A DNA stretch of 64,000 bases from Monocercomonoides exilis PA203. Lineage: Eukaryota > Protista > Preaxostyla. The notes below the pieces were generated by a model. It saw only the letters and a program-made list of their open reading frames with translations, searched no databases and was not told the origin of the DNA. The stretch is taken from the NCBI GenBank assembly GCA_001643675.2, contig LSRY02000057.1, forward strand, positions 310,001 to 374,000, written 5' to 3'. Within the stretch, counting starts at the first letter, position 1, and each line of letters opens with the position of its first letter. Shown here one piece after another: positions 38,201 through 50,200 of the stretch. Position numbers and translations under genes: made by a program.

Positions 38201-41200
38201 ATCTCACAGTATTGCAAAGCACAACAAGCACCATGTCTACAAAATGTGGATGATGGCCTGCAACAGTTATATTCACAATTTGTGCTTTTTCTTCTGAAGG
38301 AAGTCGACACTTTTGATTACATTCAATCAGAAATGTTAAATCAAATGGAACAACAATTTTCTGCTCGGATTGTTTATCAACTTCGTTTTGCAATGAAGCT
38401 GCTTCAATGTCTCCCAAATTTTTTATGTTTTGAGAAAATGAATCAATATTTTTTGAATTTCGTTTGTAATTAACTTTTCCATCTGCAGAAACAAAACATT
38501 TGTTTGTTTTGGATTTATTCAGTAAACGTGACATCGCCTTGATCAATGGGAAATATCGAGTGTACTTTTTCTCCATTTCAGAAGGAATTTCTATCAAATT
38601 GTCAGCATCTTTCTCCTTTTTAGTTTTTTGCTTTTTTGCCATTTTCTCAGATTTTTCTTGCCTCTTTTCTTTCTTTTTCTTTTCATGCTTCTTTGAACGG
38701 GAACGTTTTAAATCTTTCAATGACGAATCTCCTTTAACATCCACAAATTCTAACGTCCTCTCAGAAATGGTTGCTAAGTTCTTGCTGTTTAAGCTGATTG
38801 GTAAAAATGATTTGAATCCTCCAATGACTCCACCACAGTTAGATGGCTCATGAGATGAGGCTTTCCAAGGAACAATAAACGAGACTGCTGGTTGAATTCC
38901 GTTCAGATTTTCTTCTTCACACTTATCTTTGAAAGTGGCAATTTGTTTATTCAATTTTGATTCTGCTGTTCTAACAAATGATGTAAGTGATGGAAGCAAA
39001 GTCGAAATAATTGCAGACACATCAGCGGACGTAATGAAAATTCGTGAGCGACTTTCAACTTTCAGTCCAAAAGCATAAGAAAAATTATGACAAGGCTTTA
39101 CGATTGAAGGAGAAACAGTAGTTGAATTTTCAGAATTCAATTCTGAAGGATTTGCTGGTGAAACTTCTGTTTTGTATATATTTGTTTCATCTTTGTTTTC
39201 TTTAAGAAGAAAATCAGTATCTTTCACAAGAGAACACGACGGCCACAGGCAATTATATGAAGCATCTTGTGGCTTTAAGCCCAGATGAGCATAAAGCCAC
39301 AAAGGATACGAATGTGCCTCTGAGACAGTTGAAGACAAATTATCGATAAAGTCGTGAGCATGCTGACAATTATCAGCACCTTCATTACACATCTTATTTA
39401 CATCTCCAAATATTTGTCTTTCAACAAACTGCCTCAGATAAGCGAATGCCAACACAAGCACATTATTTGAGTTTGCCAGTCCATCATCTTCACACAAATA
39501 CTTCTTCATATGTTTTTGTGATTTATCATCGGTATAATACAACTTATCTGCTGCAAAGAGGTAATTTAAGATCCACATAGAATCGACAACGACTTGAGAC
39601 TGAATAGTGCCTTTGAGCTCTGATTGCTTCAAATCAGTAATTGAATGCTGAATCAAAAAAGAATGAAGTGATGAAGGAATTGTCAAACGAGGAAGATATG
39701 CGAAGATTCCCCAAGTACTCATCGATCGAATAAAGCTATGCAATGAAGAGTTTTTGATGCCATAGGAGCTCGCCAACTTTTTGAACTCGGAATATGAATA
39801 GCATATTTGAAGCCCATGTAACAGCAATGGGATAATCTTTGCATCTTCTGTCACTTCTGTTGCCAGTTTTTTCTTTTTCTGCGGATAGCACAGTTCCATA
39901 AACTTTAACATTGTTTGTATCATGTTGATCTGCTCTTCACTATGCTCAAGCGCAGAGCTTCTTTCCCAAAGTTCGTTCCACAGTGAAATATGAGATGGCT
40001 CAAGAAATTGTGCGGTGGCAGGAAGTGAAAATGTTGAAAGCAGACGATGCAGCGAGTATAGAAACACATTTGCTCCAAATGGCTCTGATGCAATTGGCTT
40101 CAAAGCACAGCATTCTTCTGACTCTTGTTGCTGCATTGAATCTGGCTGCATCTGAAGTGCTTTTTCCACAGCTTGATCTGTTGAGTTGCTGACCTCTCGA
40201 AGCTTGTCATTTGCGTTCTTTGGATGCTTTTTTGAGGAAGAGGAAGTTTGCTTCTCATGAATGACAACCCAAAAAGGATGATGGAAAACATCTTGAAATT
40301 CTGACTGGCACAACTTTGCAAAAGAAACATTTGTATGTTCATTAAACTCAGAATGAGAAACAGAATGATCGTCAGAAGCTGAACTCGAGGGCACCTGTTT
40401 TGTAACTGCTTCGAACACTTCCTCCATTGAGCCATACTCATCCATCAAATCCGGCCCGACATCCATCGATTCTGTTCTGTGCAAATCGGATGGATGAAAT
40501 GAAAGCACACTGCTGATAATCTGTGGTGTCTTCTCTCTTGCTTTCTGCAGCTTCTTTTCTCTCACCGCTGCCTGAAACGCCAGCAGTGGAGGTGGACCTG
40601 CAACAAATTGAATGGAACCGCATGAAGCACATTTCATGGACGGCTTAGTTCGATCCATCGTTTCATTTTGGCAATGCAATTTTTTATTTTCTTCGGTTAG
40701 TGAAACATTATCACTGCAAGTTAAGCGTCTTCCTGCAAATGAACCTTGGAACAAAGGAAGATTGCCTGTGAACAGAAAATCTTTTTGGTTTTCGCTTTCT
40801 TCTGAAATCCTGCAACATTTTGTAGAATATTGTTTCTTGTATGACTTACTCAAAAAACCTGAGCAAACTGTTGGGTGCAAAGAACGAGGAGGAGCATAAG
40901 AGAAATTATTGTTGCGATTAAACTCAACGATTGGAGAAGGTGAATTTGTTCCTTGTGGAAAAGAGGCAGAATTCAATGAATTTTGTTCCATATTTGTAAA
41001 GTGAGATAGAGAATTAGAAACAGAAGAAGGACGAAGTTGATCAGATGCAACAGTTGGGTGATATGAGGCAGATGCAGATGAAGTACGAGGATGCAACGGA
41101 GGTGATGGGATTGGAGAGAGCCGAGGAGATGGAATTGGAAGGTGTGGTGGCGTTGGAATATGCTGTTGAGAAAATGGAGGAGAAGGTTCAGAAGATACCT

Positions 41201-44200
41201 GCAAAGAAAGCGAGTCTAATGAATCAAGCAAAGCTGGTTGAAATTCTGGTGGAATTGGCGAGGAAACTGGATTAAGCGGAGGAGAAGTTGCAGATCGGGT
41301 TGATGAAGGATAAGATTGCGTTGTTCCATTTTCAGAAAATGTATTCTTTTGTGTCGTGTTCATTTTTCCAAATCCGTTTGGAAAAGAACTAAGAATTTGT
41401 AATGAATCCTGAAAAGTTTGAATGCCTGCAAGAGATGTTGCTGATCCTAATGATTTATGTGTGAATTTGCTGATATGATGGTAATTATTGTTGGTATCAT
41501 GGCTCATAAACGATTTATCCGAATTGTGCGAATTCTGTTCGAAAGAGGACATTTGCTGAGAATTTAGTGTTTCTCTGCTTAAGGTGTCCTGAAGCAATCT
41601 CGAGCTAACTGGGGTGTTATCCTTTACTTGCTCTGTTGAATTATCCAATTTTGATTGATTATGGCTCTTCTTCAGTGTCTCCATCGGAGCATATAAAAGA
41701 AGTTCTCCATCGTTGCAAATTGTGTCTGTCCACTCAGAAATACAAGCAACAATCGCTTCAGTCATCTGTGCAACCTTTTCATTAACAGTTATTGAAGATG
41801 ATGTTTCATCCTTTTTCGTAACCATCACCAGTCCTTTATCAGAACCAGATGATTTTTCTTTATTGGTTTCAAAGTTTGCATTGTTGCCTCCTTCTGTTTG
41901 TCTCTCGTTTGTTATGCTTTTATTTTCATTTTCGACGTTGTACCAACTTTGAGAAATGAGCACAGCATCATCTTGAATCCCTTGAGGCGGGCGTGCTTCG
42001 GATGCATCAACATCACATTCAGCAACTTCAGTGCTTTTTGAAGGGCTCACAACTTCATCAGGATTTAGCTTGCTCTCATTTTTGCTGCTGCCGACAATGT
42101 CAAATTTCTGCTGCACATCAGACTCAACTGTTGTGTAACTTCTCTCCATTTCAGTGCTTTTGCTCATAAAATACACATTTCTGTCTTCAACTTCTGAAAC
42201 CCAAAATGATGAAGGCAAATTGATTTCATCCTCCTCCTTTTCTTTATCAACAGTTATCATCATTATATTCTTGTTCTCTATCAACTCTTCTTTCATCAGA
42301 TGCCCCTGGAGCTGAACATAATCAAGATCATCGACAGGAGAAAGATGCTTCACCATTTTATGCTCCGCGATTTCTCTTTTTGAAAATGGAACTTTTGAAT
42401 TACTTGAAACAGGCAGTGAAAGAGGTCGAGTGATTTCTGTTTTTCTTCTTTTCTCAAAGCTTCGGGTGTGCTCGGTTTCAATTTGCATTGTATAAGATCT
42501 GATAGGCTGAGGAGGATGAAGAGTGCTTAATTCATTCGCTTCAGAAGATAAATGATCTTCAGACATAACAACATTGATGATCAAATAAACAATAAATCGG
42601 ATGCCAAATGCCAGGGCAATTTCATGCAAACTGTTCAATGTTGCAAAAAGAGAGCAGACAAATGACTGAGGAAGAGAGGCCTTTGGAGCATTTCCAATTG
42701 CGCATCTAGTTGAGTCTGAAAAAGTCAGCTGATCAAAAGAAAGAGAAAGAGAAAGCAAAATTGGAGTCGGAAATGTGCTTATAGTCGAAGGAAATAAAGC
42801 AGTTTGTTCAGATGTTTGAACGAATGAGCGAAAAGAAAGGCAGAGCCAAAAAAGGCGAGAAAATGAAAGAGAAGAAGGGATGTGGAGAATATGAGTGTGC
42901 TGTCCAGGAAGAGGATTGTTGAATAGCGTGAATGTCTCAACTGAAGAATTATGAGATGATGCCAAAACAATTGGTTTTGCATCATCTTCATTCGAAAGAC
43001 TAACGTTGTTGTCGGGTGTCGCAACTTTGTTGAAAGCGTCGTTGAATGTGCTCTGAGACAACGCACTGAAAAGCGCTGATGACAACGGAGAATGCGAAGA
43101 ATTACGAGAAAAACCGTTTGTTTTGCCTTCGTCCGATAATGCAATCACCCGAATGAACGAAAGAGGAGAAGGGGTGATAGGCAACGGATGATCGATTGCA
43201 TCGGATGATGGCTCTGCCTTTCTCTTCATCTCAACAGCTGTTATTACTTCTGCAACAATTGGTGCTAAAGATATTTCTGAAGGGGAACGAGCCATTCCAT
43301 CGCAAACAGAGAACTCTAAAGGCGAAGCAGAGTGAAAAGCTTTCCAAAGAGCAGAAGTGCTGATCATCTTCAATATCTTTTCTGATGTTGTGTGTATCCA
43401 CTCATCCAGCGCCTCTTCTTGCGACGCTCTCAAAATGAACAGCGGAGGAGGATTGAAATTTTGTAAAATTGACACAAAATGATTTGGAGAAGAATTAGTT
43501 TCAGAATTTGTTTGAACAGTGTTTGGTTCAGACGTTGCTAACAATTGCCGTTCAACGTCTCGAAAAAACACAGAGCCAGAAGCAGAAACAAGCATTTTTT
43601 GTAGAATTGAGTTAAGTTGCGAGGAAGCCTTCGCAATGTAGCTTGCGATTGGTGGAGCAGGGAATGAGGATGCCAAGAGCAACTGATGTGTCATCCGCAG
43701 AACAGTCAAAAATGTGTCTGGCAGCATCAGATTCACATGAAACGGAGGGCAGATGTGCTGAAAAGGTGATAATGAACTTGAAGCAGGCATTGGAATGGCT
43801 TCAATGTATTTCAAGAAGAAACGTTTGAAAGGTCTGTACTGTTTAGACAGATGGCGAGATCCAAATGTGAAAGATTGTTTTGCTTCAGAGCGGTGGTTGG
43901 TTTGTGAATAAGACGAACGAGAAACAATTTCTGATGAATTTTTATCGAAAATTTGGTAAGTAGAGTTTAACTGAAGAGACGCTGTTGAAGCTGAAGAAGA
44001 AGAATCAGTCGAAGTACTCGACGATGAAGACATCCTCTTCAGCTTCTTACGCGGCAATGTATTCGCCTGACTATCCAATAACTCGCTTGCTTTCACTGGC
44101 TCATCGATCTTCTTTTCAGAGGCAGTTGCAGAATTAGTCGATGCTGTTCGAGCCAGCCGCGAATTCTTGCGCTGCAGCTGATATTGTGCGTATCTCTCGC

Positions 44201-47200
44201 TTTTCTGCGCCTTTTTGCGGGCTTCTTTGTAGTTCTTTGAGATCTCTTTCAGTTCCTTTTCCACTTGCGCCTTCAGATCTTTGGCATATGACTGGATGCT
44301 CAGCAGCTTAATCTCAGATGCCAAGCGAAGAAGCGGATCTTTCGGATGAATCAAACTGAAAGAAGAGGATGATGCAATCTTGGATGTTGCCCTTGTGGAT
44401 GCGTTGTTGACAGAGACAAGAAGAGAAAGCGAAGGAAGCCTTGTGATAGAGCCAGGAACCGACCTCAAAAAAGGATTGAATGACAGGTTCAGAAACTTCA
44501 GGTGCTCAAACTGGCAAATCGAGGATGGAACAGTTGTTAGTGCATTATGAGACAAATCGAGATATTCGAGTGTGTTAATCAGGCGTGACTCTGACGAAAG
44601 GGCTGTAGAAGCAATCAATTGAGATAGCTGGTTCGATGTGAGTGCACATCCTCTCAATGAGAGATGAGTCAGTGAAAGAGATGACAAAAAGTCAATTGGT
44701 GAGAAAATAGAAAGCGACAGAGGTTTTTCAGAGTTTATCAGTTCATCTTGTTCTAACTCAATGTCACCACTTTGCTTTGAAAAACTAAGCAGATTCATCA
44801 GATGAGCACAAGGGAGAGCCGCCTTCATCATTCTTGAGAGTGGAATTGTTGAGTAATGCAGATCAAGAACATTACAGTCTGCAAGAAGATGCTGAAGCAT
44901 TTCTGAAGTATCAGAGGAAATTGATAGTAGGGCTTCGTGGATAGACAATGAATGCTTTTGATTAGTATGAATTCCGTTTGGCCTCTGTGATTGCATCAGC
45001 GCTTCAGCCAAACTTGAAGGAGAATTCATTGTTGAAGGCAACAGTTCAGATGAGACAAAGCATTTTGTTATAAATTTTGCATAGCTCAAATGGACGTGGA
45101 TGATTTTCGCCAGATCAATTGTGTGGAATAAGAGAGGAAGTGTGCAAACAGCAACGTTTTGAAGGAAATTATCCATCTGAAGCATATCCAAAGCAGATTG
45201 TGTTACTTGAATAATTATAGGCGAACGTGGTAAATCTGGCATTTCTATGCACTGAAGATTAATATATCGTTCATAATGAGATGTGATACTCTTCATTCTT
45301 TGAACCTTCACTTCATTTGATGATTCCTCTGAGAATGCTTTCTCATCAGACAAGAATGAAAGCAACCGCAGTGTCACAATGCCCATTCGAATGAACAGCG
45401 ATGGAGGAACACAGAGCATCGCGCAAATCGACTCCAGCTGGTCTTTTTCTGTTATCGGATCGATTTTCTTGTCTGAAGCAATCATCCGCATCAGAATCAT
45501 TGCTGCTTTCGAGTCGTCGTTTTCTCGCACTTTCTCTCTTTCGGTCAAAACCTGCTTCCATTCGCCTGCTTTGACTTCGTCGCAAAGCAGCTCTGTGAAA
45601 AAGATTGATGACTCGAAAACTGCTGGGATTGATAGAAAAACTGTCTCAGAATTCAATTCTGTCTCATTCGAGGCGGTTTCATTCCAATCAATTGTATCCT
45701 TTTCCTCACAAACTTCTGCAACTGTTCCTTCAGCCTCAACATTTGTGAGAGCATCCGTCCATTTCTCAACAAGAGCCACAAGCGCTTCTGTTTCAGGCAT
45801 CTCCCACATTCTCTCTCCTATTCTGTATGGATCAGACCCTCTTCGCAGCATCCGCAGGACATGAAACACAGAAAAGACATGTTGAAAGGGGGATAAATCT
45901 GAGTGGGTGTGTTTTTCATACAGAGAATGAACCTCAACATGATTGGGTGAAGAAGCATCCTGCTCGTCCTCTTCTTTCTGACTCTGTTTGGTCCGTTTCG
46001 AATGCGACGAGGAAGAATACGAATGAGACGGGGGAGCACTCAGAAGATGAGCAAGTGCTGCATCACTCTCTGCAAAGATGCTCTGAACAGAACGCGACAA
46101 AAGCACCGAGTGAAGGAGAAGACAAGGCAGCGATGATAACACAGCATCAGCTGCGCCAAACAGACAGGAATGGAAGAAGCGCCGGGCTTCTGTTCGGAGT
46201 GAGGCACAGGCTGTTACCAAAGAGAGGATGTATTTGTTCTTGTTTGGATGAAGGGTGGTTAAATCAGGTGAAGCAGAATCCGATAAAGACAGATCAGAAG
46301 TGTCATTCTGTCGCAATCTCTGGATCAGATCGGCAGTTGCTTCAAAAAGAAGCACAACTCTTTTATCTTTCTTTTCTCCTTCGCTTTTTTCGCCTTCTAC
46401 CAAAACATCATTACTCTCAACATTTTGAGTATTTGCATCAAAACGCTCACTCAAATTTACCAGAGCAGTGTCAATGCCAGCCTCAGGTGGAATATCACAG
46501 CCCATAAAGAGGAGAAGCACTGCAGCCGCAGCGTCTTCGATGAGGAGTGCATGAACAAGAGGATGGCTGCTCAGAAAGAGAACAGGCTTCGGCGGCGACT
46601 GCAGGGCAGAAGTGGCTGCGGAGGCTGGGTGGATGCCTGGGAGAGAAGGGCTTGGGGCCTTTCCAGGTGAGGAGAAGATAATCTGAGAGGAGGAAATATC
46701 GCGTTTGATGCTTTTGCGTGTGGAGGGCTGGACTGTCGTGCCTCGCCGAGAAGAAGAAAAAGAAGAAGGGGGAGGAGGAGTGAAGGACAGTTGAGGCACT
46801 TGAGACTGGACAGAAATAGAAGCACTGGAAGCATTGCGTGAATGAGCTGTCTCTCTCAGATAGGACGAAGAGAAAGAAGGAAAATCTGAACGGCTGGATG
46901 ACTCACTCACATCAACCAGCGGGGCTGCCTCGTGAAAGGGGCAGATGGTCTGCGATCTGCTTTTCTTCATTGGAGCTGACGAAGTCTGCGGAGGCTGCTT
47001 GAGAGAAGCAAACTGGGCAGGGTATTTGTTCAGCGAAGAGAGCAAGTTGATTGAGGGAGACAGCTCATCTGTGCCTGTCTGCTGTGCCAGTGTTTGTGTG
47101 AGAAGGAGAGAGAGAGAAATGACTGGCAGAAAAAACGAGTCAGTGATGATTGCCTGGCCCGAACAGGAGCCAGCCAACGGAAGCTGAGGGGAAGCAGTGG

Positions 47201-50200
47201 AGGATAGAGGAGGTTGGAGCGAGGTGTGGGAAAGCGAGCTGTGAAGTGTGCTGTTTCTGTTCTGAACGCCCCAGGGATGTGAAGAAGAAGAAGAAGAAGA
47301 AGTTCCAGTTGGAGAGAGAGGAGCAGATGGAGCAAAAGAAGAGGCATTGTTTGAAGAATTACGAGAAGATTCGGCTGATTCGTGTGTTGGATAGCTGTAG
47401 AGGGTGCCAAACAAAGTGTTGGTGCCTGTTTTCAAGGGAGAAGACAGAGAGATTTCGCGATGGCTCAAAAGAAGACGGAGAAGGGAAAGGTTTCCGGACT
47501 GAACAGCTGCCAGAATGGGAGTGGAATTAGCAGAGAGAGTTAAAGTGGATGTGGATGTGGATGAAGAAGAAGAAGGTGATGATGAAGGTGATAATGAATT
47601 AGCAGCATTTGAATGAGCAAGAGAAAAAGAAGAAGCTGAAGAAGAAGATGAGGTTGGTGAAGAGGTAGGTGATGAAAGTGTTGTGTTGTCTGAAGCAGAA
47701 GAAACCGAAAGAGGAGCAAGTGGCATCAGAGGAGCGATTTGAGAGAGCATTCCAGAGAGAGAAGATGCTGAAAGAGAAGAAGCAGCAGCGGAAGGGTCTG
47801 TGACGTGTGACTCTGGAGACGGTAAGCAAGCATTTGCAGGTGATGAAGAAAAAAGAGGAAGAGAAGGAGAAGAAGATGAAAATGAAGATGAAGAAGAAGA
47901 AGAAGTACCACCAGCATTCGCAGAATTTGGAGAAAGCATGGGAGAGTGTGAAGGCATAGGCGACTGCATCGGATTTGGTGAGCTGTTGCGAGGCGAAGAC
48001 TGAGGAGAGAGCGGAAGATTGGCAGTCAGCAGAGCAGGGGACATGACAGAGGGCGGGGGTGTCGGCACAGCACGTGTGTTTCCCACAGGCTTGTCGATCA
48101 TGTCCATCCAGTTCTTGGTGATGTGGCTGGGAACACACAGGCCCCGCGGAAGAGGAGCCTTGATGGCCTGCGATGTGGCGCAGTTCGGGCTGCAGCCGGC
48201 GTCGAGGAGTAGCTGCACGACAGAAGAATGGCCGCCGCGTGCTGCGCATATCAGCGGCGTTAGCCCTCTTCCGTCGGGGGTGAAGGGGCCTGCCCCGTTG
48301 AGAAGGAGCAGATGCACAAGCGGGACGTGGCCAGCGAGACAGGCGAGCATCAGGGCGTTGAATGAGTGGGTGGAGCGTGTGTGGATGTTCGCACCGCGCA
48401 GAAGGAGCTCATTCGCAGCCTGTACTGCGTGTGAGAGGCAAGCACACATCAGCGGGGTGATGCCATCAGCATCAGTCGACAGCGCATCGATGGACATTCC
48501 ATTCGCCAGGAAGAAGCGGAGCAGGCCGACGTTGTTCTCTTCGGCAGCGATGTGCAGCATCACTCCTTTGTTCCTCCTCTCACAGCCAAACATCTCCAGT
48601 CTCGTCAGATTCGGGCAGTGGCGCGCAAGCAGACGGATAGACTCGTCGCCGATGAGCTCGCAGTCTTCCAGCGAAAGCGACTCGAGACAAGGGCAGCTAA
48701 CAGCGAGGGCAGCCACAGCAGCGTCCGTCAGGGAAGAGCAGCTCTTCAGCTTCAGCTTCTTCAGAGTGGGGCAAGAGGAGGCAAGAGAGGCGATGAAGGA
48801 GTCGGTGACTCCGGTGCAGAAGGAGAGGTTGAGTGATGTGATGGGAGGAAGAACTGGTTTGGTTGATGGAATGCAAATGGAAGGCTGTGGAGATGATGAG
48901 GAAGAGGAAGAGGAAGAGGCAGAGGAAGAGGTAGATGCAGAGATGGAATAAGAAGTAACTGATGATGGTAGTGATGATGAAGGTGGAGGAGGAGAAGGAG
49001 TTGGAAGAGGCTCCGGAAAGTCGGCTGGCATTGGGTATGTTGGAGAAACAGATGGGGAATGAGTAGGTGTGTGGTACATTGCAGACTCGTCAGCCTGTGG
49101 AAGGGCAGGCGGAGGAGGCACAACGCTTGATGGATATAGTGCTGCTGGTACTGGCGGGGGAGATATTGGCTTCTGAGAAGCTAACGATGTCGATGGCAAA
49201 ACAGATGTTGCTGCTGACTGGTTCTCCATCGACAGGTCAAGGCACCTCAGATCCAAAGCAGACAGAGACTTGCAGTTGCTGCTGAGTGCTGAGATGCCTT
49301 CGTGGGTGATTTGAGAGCACCATCCGATCTTCAGCACTTGCAGATGCTTCAGGCCGACAACTGCGCTTGCTGGTGCAGACGGCATGGGCGGAGGAGGAAG
49401 AGGCGGTGTTCCAGAGAGTGACAGCGCAATAACAGAGGAATCTTCTTCGTTTTTGAGAGTCGATTCGAAATGTGTATTAGATGGTGTTGGAATGCCAGTG
49501 AATGTCTTTGCTTCGTCATGAGATTTTTGCGACTGGGAAACACCGAGTTGATAAACAGAGTTCTTTGAAATATTTTCTCGGTCTTCTTGTTCTATTAATC
49601 CATCTCTTAATTTATCGTGTTGCTTTCCAATTACAAAAAGCGACATATTTGTTAACTTTGTGCAGCCTATTAGATTTAGCTTTTTAATTCCATGGCAATG
49701 AGCTGCAAGTGATAAGATAGAAATATCAGTAAGTTGACTTAATCCTCGTAAAGAAACATTTTCCAAAAAGGGTTGGCTCTCAAAAAACGTGGTGATTGCT
49801 CTATCAGTTAATTCACAAGCTCCATAAAAGGATATAGAAATTAGTTTTGGACAAAGTGTTGATAATAAAATCACTGTTGAATCATCAATAGTATCTCTTA
49901 ATAGAGAAAGATCAAGATGTCTGAGCGAAGAAAACGATGGCTGCTTTAAAGGAATAAAACCAATTGAAGAAATGTTTGTTTGTCTCAATGAGAGTGAAGA
50001 TATATTTGTAAGTTGAGAGAGCGGAAAAACAGCTTCGTTACTTATTGGACATAAATTCAAAGAAAGTGAAGTAAGGCATTTATTTCTTGATAAAAGTTCG
50101 GAAATAATACTGTCATTTACTTCCTCTAAGCCATCAAGGATAATTTCTTCAAGTTGTGTAAAATTTGATACAATTGCACGTAAATCGTCTGTAGAAAGAT